Shown here: positions 36,261 through 44,963 of the stretch, in pieces
Layout of the letters: every line of letters begins with the position of its first letter
Numbering within the stretch: position 1 is the first letter of the stretch
IMG/VR virus record: IMGVR_UViG_3300032050_000182
Span: 1 to 53,456 of that record
DNA: 53,456 nt
Strand: one strand, 5' to 3'
Origin: a virus
Taxonomy: Duplodnaviria; Caudoviricetes
The notes under the pieces: generated by a model
What the model saw: the letters and a program-made list of their open reading frames with translations, nothing else
What the model was told of the DNA's origin: nothing
The model's database searches: none
Made by a program: the position numbers and the translations under genes

Positions 36261-36630
36261 CATTGATATTGAGAAGACACAGGAGGAAGCGAAGAAGGCT
36301 TCCTTGCTCCCAGCGCCGAGAGGGTATCGGTTGCTGTGCGCGGTTCCTCATGTAGAAGAGGAATTTGAAGGCGGAATCGTCAAGGCCGAAGACACCAAGC
36401 GAACGGAGGAACTGACTACGGTTGTTCTCTTCGTCGTGAAGATGGGTGACATGGCCTACAACGATAAGGATCGGTTTCCTACCGGCCCTTGGTGCAAAGA
36501 GGGGGATTTCGTCCTCACTCGCCCGTACGCGGGCACCCGTGTGGTCATTCATGGCCGCGAGTTCCGACTTATCAACGACGACAGTGTGGAAGCGGTGGTC
36601 GATGACCCCCGTGGTATCCGCCGCGCATAA
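36253..36630 (+). CDS. groES: GroES-like co-chaperonin
   Basis: PRGYRLL, GGIV, VVKMG, KEGDFVL..YAGT...GREFRLINDDSVEAVV; ATG at 36253 after GGAG. Confidence 0.85.
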   Translation: MSNIDIEKTQEEAKKASLLPAPRGYRLLCAVPHVEEEFEGGIVKAEDTKRTEELTTVVLFVVKMGDMAYNDKDRFPTGPWCKEGDFVLTRPYAGTRVVIHGREFRLINDDSVEAVVDDPRGIRRA

Positions 36631-36640
36631 GGAGTGATTT

Positions 36641-37615
36641 ATGGCTAATGAAGAATTTAAATTCCCAGACGAGGTAGAGGCTGAAGCCAAAGCCACGCCG
36701 GGAGCCGATGATTTCAGCATTGAGGTCATCGATGACATGCCTCCAGAGGATCGGGCACACGCTAAGCCGATGCCGAAGGAGATCGTTGAGAATCTGGAAA
36801 AGGACGAACTTGACCAGTATTCAGACGATGTAAAGGAACGCTTCAAGCAGATGAAGAAGGTTTGGAACGACGAGCGTCGGGCCAAGGAATCTGCTGCTCG
36901 TGAGCGTGAGGAAGCCCTCAAGTTTGCTCAAGCCCAAATGGAGGAGAACAAGCGTCTCAAACAGCGCCTTGGCGTTGGTGAGCGTGTCTTCATCCAAGAG
37001 GTAACTAAGGCGGCTAACACCGAGTTGGCAGTCGCTAAAGATAAACTTAAGCAAGCTTATGATTCGGGTGATTCGGAGAGTATTGCCTCGGCACAGGAGG
37101 CTATGACCGATGCCAAGCTGCGTTTGAAGCAGTACGAAAATTTCCGACCCTCTTTACAAGACGAAGATTCGCGTGTACAAGAAAACCAACAGGTAACGAC
37201 ACCACAAGCGCCTGCTCCAGCTATCGACCCAAAAGCCGATGCTTGGAAACGGAATAACACTTGGTTCGGTGTGGACGAGGAGATGACCGCCCTCGCGCTC
37301 GGCCTTCATGAAAAATTGGTCAGGTCTGGAATCGATCCGCGTAGTGACGACTACTACCAACAGATCGATGCGACGATGAAGAGGCGGTTTCCGGAGGCGT
37401 TCGAAGACGCTGAAGAGGAAGCCAAACCTCAGAAGGAAGTGGCCAAAACCGCTCCCAAGCCCAAGCCGTCCACAAACGTGGCTCCTGTGACGCGGGGAAC
37501 CGCGCCTCGTCAGATTCGTTTGACAGCTACGCAAGTTGCTCTGGCTAAGAAACTTGGCTTGAGTAATGAACAGTATGCACGGGAACTTATGAAACTGGAG
37601 AACGACAATGGCTGA
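36641..37615 (+). CDS. Putative capsid scaffolding protein
   Basis: Acidic N-terminus, long coiled coil, C-terminal LTATQVALAKKLGLSNEQYA; position before capsid genes. Confidence 0.7.
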   Translation: MANEEFKFPDEVEAEAKATPGADDFSIEVIDDMPPEDRAHAKPMPKEIVENLEKDELDQYSDDVKERFKQMKKVWNDERRAKESAAREREEALKFAQAQMEENKRLKQRLGVGERVFIQEVTKAANTELAVAKDKLKQAYDSGDSESIASAQEAMTDAKLRLKQYENFRPSLQDEDSRVQENQQVTTPQAPAPAIDPKADAWKRNNTWFGVDEEMTALALGLHEKLVRSGIDPRSDDYYQQIDATMKRRFPEAFEDAEEEAKPQKEVAKTAPKPKPSTNVAPVTRGTAPRQIRLTATQVALAKKLGLSNEQYARELMKLENDNG

Positions 37616-38057
37616 GAATCGTCTGCAACGAGAAGTTGAGAATAGAGACGCCGCGCAGCGGAAAGCATCGTGGGCACCGCCCCAAACGCTCCCCGAACCG
37701 GAGCCGCAGGAAGGTTGGGTGTTCCGATGGATTCGGACAAGTATTATGGGTCAGGCTGATCCCACTAATACATCTGCAAAATTTCGTGAAGGTTGGGAGC
37801 CAGTCAAAGCTGCCGAACAACCTAAGCTAATGTTGCAAGCCGATCCCAATGGACGTTTTAAAGACAACATTGAGATTGGTGGGTTGTTGCTCTGTAAGGC
37901 TCCGGCTGAACTGATGAAGCAGCGTGATGATTATTACGCGAAGCAGGCGCAGTCTCAGATCCAGTCTGTAGACAACAACTTTATGAGGCTGAACGATGAG
38001 CGTATGCCACTCTTTAACGAGAGGAAGACATCGGTCTCGTTCGGCAAGGGTAAATAA
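37608..38057 (+). CDS. Conserved head-module protein
   Basis: 149 aa, FRWIR...REGWEPV...IGGLLLCK. Confidence 0.65.
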   Translation: MAENRLQREVENRDAAQRKASWAPPQTLPEPEPQEGWVFRWIRTSIMGQADPTNTSAKFREGWEPVKAAEQPKLMLQADPNGRFKDNIEIGGLLLCKAPAELMKQRDDYYAKQAQSQIQSVDNNFMRLNDERMPLFNERKTSVSFGKGK

Positions 38058-38077
38058 TTTCTTTATTGGAGTAACAA

Positions 38078-38737
38078 ATGGCTTATCCTTCCGTTGACAA
38101 GCCTTATGGCTTGAAGCCGATCAACTTGATCGGTGGGCAGGTGTTTGCCGGTTCGACCCGTCAGCGTCGTATCGCTTCCAGTGCGGATAGCATTGGTTTC
38201 GGCGACCCGTTGGAGTTCGCATCGGACGGCACCGTTAAAGTAACGACTGCCACGACGACGGCCCCGACCGCTGGCTTTGCCGGTGTGTTTTTGGGCTGCA
38301 CGTTCGTGTCCTCTGTGACGGGTCAGCCGACCTACTCGCAGCAGTGGACTTCGGGTACCTCGGTCAAGGCCAACACGTACATTGTTGCGTATGTGGCTGA
38401 TGATCCGGACACCCTGTTCAAGGCTGTGGGCGTGACGGCTTCGCTCGTTGTGTCCACCACGGGTGGCTTCACGTATTCGAACGTTGGCAACAACGTGGCT
38501 CTCGTAGCCAATACGCTGAACACCACGAGTGGTGATTCGCAGCAGGGTCTGTTGGTCTCGTCGGCCAGCACCACGCTGTCTCTGCCGATCCGCATCGTTG
38601 ATGTTGTTGAAGACACGGCCTTCGTGTCGAGCGGCACCGTCTATTACCCGGAAGTCATCGTTAAGTTCAATGCAGCTTACGTGAACTCTGGTGTGATCGA
38701 GGGTGGTCACTCTTACAACAACCCGACTGGCGTTTAA
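38078..38737 (+). CDS. Putative capsid decoration/cement protein
   Basis: 219 aa beta-rich protein directly upstream of MCP. Confidence 0.6.
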   Translation: MAYPSVDKPYGLKPINLIGGQVFAGSTRQRRIASSADSIGFGDPLEFASDGTVKVTTATTTAPTAGFAGVFLGCTFVSSVTGQPTYSQQWTSGTSVKANTYIVAYVADDPDTLFKAVGVTASLVVSTTGGFTYSNVGNNVALVANTLNTTSGDSQQGLLVSSASTTLSLPIRIVDVVEDTAFVSSGTVYYPEVIVKFNAAYVNSGVIEGGHSYNNPTGV

Positions 38738-38753
38738 TAGGGAGTTCTAAGAC

Positions 38754-39662
38754 ATGGCTATTTCACGCGCACAATTACTTAAGGAACTCCTTCCGGGCTT
38801 GAACGCCCTGTTCGGCCTTGAGTACAAGACCTATGGCGAAGAGCACAAAGAGATCTACGAAACTGAGACCTCTGAGCGTTCCTTCGAAGAAGAGACCAAG
38901 CTTTCTGGTTTCAGCGCCGCTCCGGTAAAGGCCGAAGGTGCTGCGATTGCGTATGACAACGCGCAGGAAGCATGGACTGCTCGCTACAACCACGAGACGA
39001 TTGCTCTCGGCTTCTCCATCACGGAAGAAGCGGTTGAAGACAACCTGTACGACTCGCTCAGCAAGCGTTATACGAAGGCTCTTGCTCGCGCTATGGCGTA
39101 CACGAAGCAAGTCAAGGCGGCTTCTGTTCTGAACAATGGCTTCTCGTCCAGCTACGCTGGTGGCGACGGTCAGGCTCTGTTCAGCGCGAACCATCCGCTT
39201 GTCTCGGGCGGTGTCAACAGCAACCGTCTGACGGCCTCGGATCTCAACGAAACCTCGTTGGAAGCTGCGGTTATTCAGATCGCTGGTTGGACGGACGAGC
39301 GCGGTCTCTTGATCGCGGCGAAGCCCAATAAGCTCATCGTTCCCCCGGCCTTGATGTTCGTTGCCAAGCGTCTTCTCGACACGGAACTCCGTGTTGCGAC
39401 CGCCGATAACGACATCAACGCTCTGAAGGCGATGGGTTCGATTCCGGGCGGCTACACCGTCAACCACTTCCTGACCGACACGAATGCGTGGTTCCTGACC
39501 ACGGACGTTCCGAACGGCATGAAGCACTTCGTTCGTACCCCGCTGGCTAACAGCATGGACGGCGATTTCGACACCGGCAACGTCCGGTACAAGAGCCGCG
39601 AGCGTTATAGCTTCGGCTGGTCGGATCCGCTCGGCATGTTCGGTTCGCCGGGTTCGACCTAA
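38754..39662 (+). CDS. Major capsid protein (Mu gpT-like, HK97 fold)
   Basis: MAISRAQLLKELLPGLNALFG, KAEG, DGQALFS..HP, KLIVPP, ERYSFGWSD; strong codon bias; followed by terminator. Confidence 0.9.
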   Translation: MAISRAQLLKELLPGLNALFGLEYKTYGEEHKEIYETETSERSFEEETKLSGFSAAPVKAEGAAIAYDNAQEAWTARYNHETIALGFSITEEAVEDNLYDSLSKRYTKALARAMAYTKQVKAASVLNNGFSSSYAGGDGQALFSANHPLVSGGVNSNRLTASDLNETSLEAAVIQIAGWTDERGLLIAAKPNKLIVPPALMFVAKRLLDTELRVATADNDINALKAMGSIPGGYTVNHFLTDTNAWFLTTDVPNGMKHFVRTPLANSMDGDFDTGNVRYKSRERYSFGWSDPLGMFGSPGST

Positions 39663-39685
39663 TAGGTTGATGACCTAGAGAGATT

Positions 39686-39725
39686 GGGGGGTTACAAGTA
39701 GCAATGCTTGTAGCCCCTCTTTTTT
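39686..39725 (+). terminator. Intrinsic terminator after MCP
   Basis: GGGGTTACAAGTA-GCAA-TGCTTGTAGCCCC then T run. Confidence 0.85.
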
Positions 39726-39743
39726 AGTGATATACAGTCGTTC

Positions 39744-39816
39744 ATCGGGATTAACAGGTTTATCAGACAGACCCGACTGACGACATGCAGACTGATAAAC
39801 CTACTCGCATGTGAGG
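39744..39816 (+). ncRNA. Structured RNA downstream of capsid gene, probable Mu-gpT-DE-like motif
   Basis: 11-bp perfect stem 39756-39766/39792-39802; loop segments pair with flanks (TCGGG/CCCGA, ACATGC/GCATGT); location matches the described Mu-gpT downstream element. Confidence 0.55.
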
Positions 39817-39823
39817 ATTTGAA

Positions 39824-40057
39824 ATGGCACGTACAACTTTTAGCGGCCCGGTTGCTTCCGACAATGGTTTCATTGGCGTTATTGCTTCCGATTCTGCCGT
39901 TGTTACTAACCTTCTTTGCACGACCCTGACGATTGGCAGCACCAAGCTGACCACGGGTTCGGTATCGGGCACGGTATCGGTTCAGGCCGGTCGCATCCCG
40001 GTTCTCATCGGCAGCACGACGCTCTACATCGGTCTGTACGCCAGTCTGGTTCCGTAA
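39824..40057 (+). CDS. Small virion protein
   Basis: MARTTFSGPVASDNGF N-terminus; RBS GAGG. Confidence 0.65.
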   Translation: MARTTFSGPVASDNGFIGVIASDSAVVTNLLCTTLTIGSTKLTTGSVSGTVSVQAGRIPVLIGSTTLYIGLYASLVP

Positions 40058-40106
40058 GATTTCGTGGGGGGCGTAAGCCCCCTTCATCCATTACAGGAGA
40101 ACCAGA

Positions 40107-40406
40107 ATGCAAACAGATGTCTTAGCTAGTAAGGTCGCCACAAATGCTGGCGACCTGCTGGATCAAAATAGCCTCGTTATTGGCCGCTCTCGCGTGAAGG
40201 CGATTTATGTTGTTCCGGATACGGGTGCTGGCACGGTCACGTTTCGTGATGGTGGAGTCAGTGGCCCGGTAAAAATTCAGATCAACACGTTGGCCTCTTC
40301 CACCACTCCTGACTACATCCTGATGCCGGGTGAAGGATTGCTCTTCCAAACGAGCATCTACATCGTCCCGTCAGCCGTAGTCTCGACGATGGTCATTTAT
40401 GGCTAA
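40107..40406 (+). CDS. Small beta-rich virion protein
   Basis: 99 aa, RVKAIY...PGEGLLF...YG; RBS AGGAG. Confidence 0.65.
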   Translation: MQTDVLASKVATNAGDLLDQNSLVIGRSRVKAIYVVPDTGAGTVTFRDGGVSGPVKIQINTLASSTTPDYILMPGEGLLFQTSIYIVPSAVVSTMVIYG

Positions 40407-40653
40407 GTCTCCCGCTTGGCAGCGTAAGGAAGGTAAGAACCCCGCTGGCGGCTTAAATGCTAAAGGCAGGGCTTCCTACAACCGGGCTAACCCCGGCAAG
40501 CCGGGACTCAAGGCTCCGCAGCCTGAAGGCGGCTCTCGTAAGAAATCCTTCTGTGCCCGGATGTCTGGGATGAAGAAGAAACTCACGAGCGCCAAGACTG
40601 CCAATGACCCCAACTCCCGTATCAACAAGTCTCTTAGAGCATGGAAGTGCTGA
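40399..40653 (+). CDS. Small basic protein (DUF6321-like)
   Basis: GGLNAKGRASYN...RKKSFCARM...SRINKSLRAWKC. Confidence 0.7.
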   Translation: MAKSPAWQRKEGKNPAGGLNAKGRASYNRANPGKPGLKAPQPEGGSRKKSFCARMSGMKKKLTSAKTANDPNSRINKSLRAWKC

Positions 40654-40654
40654 T

Positions 40655-40891
40655 ATGGAGATGGTTGTCTGGAACATGGTTCTTACGGGAATCGTGGCCA
40701 TTTTGGGTTTTGTTGTGAAAGAGAAGTTTGAAGAACTCAAGCGTCTCGGCATCCTTCTCAACAGAACTCGGGAAGAAGTTGCTAGGGATCACGTGACCCG
40801 TGCGGAAGTACGGGCTGATGCACAAATGCTGCTTGACCGGCTTGATCGGTTGGAGCAAAAGATTGACAGGTTGGTGAATCATGCCAAGTAA
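40655..40891 (+). CDS. Membrane-anchored coiled-coil protein
   Basis: N-terminal hydrophobic helix, then LDRLDRLEQKIDRL. Confidence 0.65.
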   Translation: MEMVVWNMVLTGIVAILGFVVKEKFEELKRLGILLNRTREEVARDHVTRAEVRADAQMLLDRLDRLEQKIDRLVNHAK

Positions 40892-41024
40892 GTCAGGCAA
40901 ACAGCACCGACTAATGGCCTTGGTCGCTAACGATCCGAAAGCAGCCAAGCGATTGGGTATCCCACAAAAAGTGGGCAAAGAGTACGTCAAGGCCGACAAA
41001 GGCCGCAAATTTAAGAGGAAATAA
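40881..41024 (+). CDS. Small basic protein (47 aa, MPSKSGKQHRLMALVA...)
   Basis: Below cutoff; fills the gap; GIPQKVGKEYVKAD. Confidence 0.65.
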   Translation: MPSKSGKQHRLMALVANDPKAAKRLGIPQKVGKEYVKADKGRKFKRK

Positions 41025-41026
41025 TC

Positions 41027-41347
41027 ATGGGCATGTCACCGAAAGCGATGAATATGGCGAAAGCGCGTATGGCCGACCGTGCTGGCCGCGCAATGATGGC
41101 TCCGCAGCCCCAGATGGGCATGAAGAAGGGCGGTAAGGCCGAGTCAAAAGCAATGGCCAAGAAAGAGATCTCCTTCATGAAGAAGAAGGGCGCTCCGAAG
41201 TCCATGATCAAGCACGAGAAGGCCGAGTACGGCATGAAGAAGGGCGGTATGGCCGGTGGTTCCTTCCGTAAGGCCGCTGACGGTATCGCCTCTAAGGGCA
41301 AGACCAAGGTCAAGATGGTTCGTATGAACTACGGCGGTAAGTGCTGA
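41027..41347 (+). CDS. Lys/Met-rich basic protein with MKKGG repeats
   Basis: 106 aa; RBS GAGG; ADGIASKGKTK motif. Confidence 0.7.
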   Translation: MGMSPKAMNMAKARMADRAGRAMMAPQPQMGMKKGGKAESKAMAKKEISFMKKKGAPKSMIKHEKAEYGMKKGGMAGGSFRKAADGIASKGKTKVKMVRMNYGGKC

Positions 41348-41667
41348 TGAAGTACAAAATGGGCGGACATATCAAAAAACCCCCTGAACCTGTTAGACCG
41401 CTTTCAAAAGGTCCGCAAGGTCGGCGGCGTTATCCCGGTCAGAACGAGGCTGATAAAAAGCGTCGTGAGGCAATGCAGGCTGTCGAGGACAGTGATATGT
41501 CCACCAAGATGCAGGAAGCTTACGAGCGTTTTGGCCGTAGTTCCGAGTCTGACTCGCCGGGCTATAAGAAGGGCGGTAAGGTCAAGAAGATGGCCGGTGG
41601 CGGCTCCGCTTCCAAACGTGCTGATGGCTGCGCTGTTCGCGGCAAAACACGAGGTAAGATGGTATGA
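41347..41667 (+). CDS. Basic protein with xxxGG and SASKRADG motifs
   Basis: ATG overlaps upstream TGA; ends SASKRADGCAVRGKTRGKMV. Confidence 0.7.
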   Translation: MKYKMGGHIKKPPEPVRPLSKGPQGRRRYPGQNEADKKRREAMQAVEDSDMSTKMQEAYERFGRSSESDSPGYKKGGKVKKMAGGGSASKRADGCAVRGKTRGKMV

Positions 41668-42275
41668 AAGGTTTTGGTAGCCGTGGCTTCGGCACAAAGA
41701 AGCGCATGCGTAAGTTTGAAGAAGGCGGTGCGACTGATTACGCCGAGTCCGGCAGTGCCGGTGGCACAAACATCAGTTTTGGCGAAGCCTTTCGCGCTGC
41801 TCGCAAACAGGGCCTGAAGACTTTCACATGGCGTGGCAAGGAATACTCAACAGACACCAAGGAAGATAAGGCTAAAAAGGCCGAGAAGTCCTTGACCGAA
41901 GTTGAAGTGACTAGCAAGCGTCCTGACTTCTCTAAGATTTACGAGATGGACAAGGTGACGGATAAGGCTGGCGCTGGTAGTCGCGGTGTCCCCCGTCGCG
42001 GCGGCGCTCGTGATCCTGAAGCGTCTAAGAAGGTTGAAGCCAAGATTGATGAGAAGATTGGCGCGTCAATCCGTGGTTCGACCAGCAGCATGAAGAATAC
42101 GGATAGCGTTTATGAGCGTCTTGCTCGCGGCTCAAATGAGTCTGAGCGTAAGGCCAAGCGCGTTCGTGAAGCCCGTGAAGCGATGAGTTATCGCAAGGGC
42201 GGCTCAGTCGGCTCCGCTTCTAAGCGTGCTGACGGTATCGCACAGCGCGGTAAGACTCGTGGGAAGATGTGCTAA
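41664..42275 (+). CDS. Basic protein with xxxGG and SASKRADG motifs
   Basis: 203 aa; SFGEAFRAARKQGLKTFTWRGKEYST module; ends SASKRADGIAQRGKTRGKMC. Confidence 0.7.
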   Translation: MKGFGSRGFGTKKRMRKFEEGGATDYAESGSAGGTNISFGEAFRAARKQGLKTFTWRGKEYSTDTKEDKAKKAEKSLTEVEVTSKRPDFSKIYEMDKVTDKAGAGSRGVPRRGGARDPEASKKVEAKIDEKIGASIRGSTSSMKNTDSVYERLARGSNESERKAKRVREAREAMSYRKGGSVGSASKRADGIAQRGKTRGKMC

Positions 42276-42571
42276 TGATGCCCTCTCGCGGAATGGGTGC
42301 AATTAGTCCGAAGAAGATCCCCCGTGCTAAACGCCGGGGGGACTCTAAGCCTGTAGAAGGCACGGGTAAGCCCATCCGCACCTTTAAGAAAGGCGGCGAG
42401 TCGAAGGTCAATCAGGCTGGCAACTACACCAAGCCGGGTATGCGTAAGAAGTTGTTTGAGTCCATCAAGGCTTCGGCAACGCAGGGCACCGGTGCAGGGC
42501 AGTGGTCAGCGCGTAAGGCGCAGTTGTTAGCCAAGCGGTACAAGGAGAAGGGCGGTGGATACCGGGACTGA
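42275..42571 (+). CDS. Basic protein, DUF5872-like N-terminal half
   Basis: YTKPGMRKKLF...GQWSARKAQLLAKRYKEKGGGY. Confidence 0.7.
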   Translation: MMPSRGMGAISPKKIPRAKRRGDSKPVEGTGKPIRTFKKGGESKVNQAGNYTKPGMRKKLFESIKASATQGTGAGQWSARKAQLLAKRYKEKGGGYRD

Positions 42572-42968
42572 CATCGAACTTTTCAAAGCGCAGGTTCAGG
42601 CTGAACTAAATCGGCTTGAGGCCAAGGCGTCTGCTAAGACTGTTGCTGGTAAGGCTATCGGCAAAGACGGTCTGAAGTACATTACAGCCATCGTCGTGAT
42701 TGGCGTCGTCTCTAGCCTCTTCTTGGATAACGACAAGATCGCTGCCGTGATGGGGCTGCTTGGCGCGTCTCTGACCGCTTTGATCTCGATGCTGAACGGC
42801 ATTGCAGGCACGGTTGAGAAGGAAGAGAAGCCCGAGTACGCGGTCATCAAGGAACTTATCGCCAAGTTGGATCGGCTGGATCGCAAGGAAATGCCCATGA
42901 GGGTCGATGTCGAGGGCGACCATGTGACCGTCACCAAGGGTGATGATGTGGTTAGGGCAAGCAAGTGA
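42555..42968 (+). CDS. Two-TM membrane protein
   Basis: Two hydrophobic helices; GTG start after AGGAG. Confidence 0.65.
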   Translation: MDTGTDIELFKAQVQAELNRLEAKASAKTVAGKAIGKDGLKYITAIVVIGVVSSLFLDNDKIAAVMGLLGASLTALISMLNGIAGTVEKEEKPEYAVIKELIAKLDRLDRKEMPMRVDVEGDHVTVTKGDDVVRASK

Positions 42969-43222
42969 ACATGCAGAAGATTGTAGATATGTTGTTTCCG
43001 GTTCTTCTGGCCGCCGTTGGCTGGCTATTGGCCGAGATTGCATCATTCAACAATCGGCTGATTGCTATCGAGTCGAAGATTCCGATCCTCATTACCGAAG
43101 ACGGCGTTCCGACCGACAGCCCGTTGAGCGCCTCCAAGCGGCAAGAACTTAAAGACGAGATCATGGAAGACATCCATGACTTGCAAGTGCGGGTCAAGTT
43201 GATGGAAGAGCGCAACAAATGA
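42965..43222 (+). CDS. Membrane-anchored small protein
   Basis: N-terminal TM LFPVLLAAVGWLL, coiled-coil C-terminus. Confidence 0.65.
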   Translation: MNMQKIVDMLFPVLLAAVGWLLAEIASFNNRLIAIESKIPILITEDGVPTDSPLSASKRQELKDEIMEDIHDLQVRVKLMEERNK

Positions 43223-43467
43223 AGTCCCCGCAGCAGTCCTTGAAGGCTTGGGGCGACCAGAAGTGGAGAACGAAGAGTGGTAAACGATCTTCTGACACGG
43301 GCGAAAGGTATCTTCCAGAGGCTGCGATTAAAGCTCTCAGCCCTGCTGAGTACGCCCGAACCACTGCCGCCAAGCGACGAGGCAAAGCCCAAGGCAAGCA
43401 GTTCGTCGCGCAGCCCAAGGGTATATCGCAAAAAACCCGTGCGTATCGTCAAAGGGGCAAAGGGTAA
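43219..43467 (+). CDS. Basic protein, DUF5872-like C-terminal half
   Basis: QQSLKAWGDQKWRTKSG...ERYLPEAAIKALS...KQFVAQP. Confidence 0.7.
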   Translation: MKSPQQSLKAWGDQKWRTKSGKRSSDTGERYLPEAAIKALSPAEYARTTAAKRRGKAQGKQFVAQPKGISQKTRAYRQRGKG

Positions 43468-43471
43468 GTAA

Positions 43472-44197
43472 ATGGCCTACAAGACTACAGCAACGACGGA
43501 CTTCAACCTTGATCTCAACACGATCATCGAAGAGGCTTTTGAGCGTTGTGGTGCTGAGTTGCGGACGGGTTACGACTTCCGTACCGCCAAGCGCAGTCTT
43601 GGTCTATTGCTCATGGACTGGGCAAACCGTGGTATTAACCTCTGGACGTTGGAGACCGGTACCCAAACTTTGACGTACAACGTCGGTACGTATGACCTGC
43701 CGGTAGATACGGTTGACCTGCTTGACCATGTGATCCGCACCGGGTCTGGCACGAACCAGCAGGACATCAACATCTCGCGTATCTCATCTAGCACGTACGT
43801 GTCGATCCCGAACAAGAATGCGACGGGTCGCCCGATTCAGATCTGGATCAATCGTCGTACGGGTGCAACGGATGCGGCTGGTACGATTATCTACCCGCAA
43901 TATACGGTGTGGCCGAAGCCCGATAACAGCACGACTTGGACGCTGTTCTACACTCGCCTTGTCCGTATGACTGATCCCGGCACGGGCGTGAATGGTCAGG
44001 ACATTCCGTTTCGCTTCTTGCCCTGCATGGTGGCGGGTTTGGCCTATATGCTGTCTATGAAAATCCCAAACGCTGATGCCCGTACACAAATGCTGAAAGC
44101 CCAGTACGACGAGGCTTGGGACTTGGCGGCTGGCGAGGATCGAGAAAAAGCGGCAGTGCGGTTCGTACCACGTGAGAGTTTCTTGGGTGGTTACTAA
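43472..44197 (+). CDS. Head-tail adaptor-like virion protein
   Basis: IIEEAFERCG, WANRGINLW, VWPKPD, GLAY motifs; position in late arm. Confidence 0.65.
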   Translation: MAYKTTATTDFNLDLNTIIEEAFERCGAELRTGYDFRTAKRSLGLLLMDWANRGINLWTLETGTQTLTYNVGTYDLPVDTVDLLDHVIRTGSGTNQQDINISRISSSTYVSIPNKNATGRPIQIWINRRTGATDAAGTIIYPQYTVWPKPDNSTTWTLFYTRLVRMTDPGTGVNGQDIPFRFLPCMVAGLAYMLSMKIPNADARTQMLKAQYDEAWDLAAGEDREKAAVRFVPRESFLGGY

Positions 44198-44574
44198 TGC
44201 CGAACAGGTTTGCAAGTGGCAAGCACGCGATTGCGATGTGCGACCGGTGTGGGTTTCAGTACAAACTCCGCCAGTTAAAGTCGCTAGTGATCAAGACCAA
44301 GAACGTGAATATCTTGGTCTGTCCGGAGTGCTGGGAGCCAGATCAGCCCCAGTTGTCGCTTGGTCTTTACCCGGTGGACGACCCGCAGGCGTTGCGGAAT
44401 CCAAGGCCGGACACGAGCTACTTTGCGGTGGGCAATGACGGCGCGAATGGCAGTCGTCAGATACAATGGGGCTGGGCACCCGTAGGCGGGGCCAGAGCAG
44501 ATGATGCAGGATTAACTCCTAACGACTTAGCGCCGTTTGGAGAAGTTGGAACGGTTACGGTCGTTACGACCTAG
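44197..44574 (+). CDS. Zinc-binding conserved phage protein
   Basis: CDRCG...CPECWE, DPQALRNPRPD. Confidence 0.65.
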   Translation: MPNRFASGKHAIAMCDRCGFQYKLRQLKSLVIKTKNVNILVCPECWEPDQPQLSLGLYPVDDPQALRNPRPDTSYFAVGNDGANGSRQIQWGWAPVGGARADDAGLTPNDLAPFGEVGTVTVVTT

Positions 44575-44583
44575 GAGACTGAA

Positions 44584-44760
44584 ATGGCTATGACTTTAAA
44601 AGAACACGCCAAACTTCCGGCGAATAAGGCCCACGGTAAGAACGCCAAGGGCTTTCGTGCTGGTGGCAAGACCAACAGCGAAATGAAGAAGTACGGTCGC
44701 GGTATGGCGAAGGTGATGAACCAACGCAGCCCGATGCGCGGCTCTTCTGGCCCGAGGTAA
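44584..44760 (+). CDS. Small basic protein (58 aa) with FRAGG motif
   Basis: Below cutoff; RBS AGGAG; MKKYGRGMAKVMNQ. Confidence 0.65.
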   Translation: MAMTLKEHAKLPANKAHGKNAKGFRAGGKTNSEMKKYGRGMAKVMNQRSPMRGSSGPR

Positions 44761-44765
44761 TTGCC

Positions 44766-44963
44766 ATGAAAGAACTGAATCCCGGCAAAATTAGGCCGAA
44801 CACGGACTCCACGGGGCGTAATGGCTACCCGGAGAAGGATGTGAACAAGGGCGTCACCCACATGGAAATGAAGGGTGCTGGTGCTGCCACGAAGGGTAAG
44901 AAGTTCGTGTCGCAGATCAACCTTGAGAACAACGCCAAGTACAGGGCGGGCTGGTCGCCGTGA
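44766..44963 (+). CDS. Small basic protein
   Basis: 65 aa; MKGAGAATKG. Confidence 0.65.
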   Translation: MKELNPGKIRPNTDSTGRNGYPEKDVNKGVTHMEMKGAGAATKGKKFVSQINLENNAKYRAGWSP

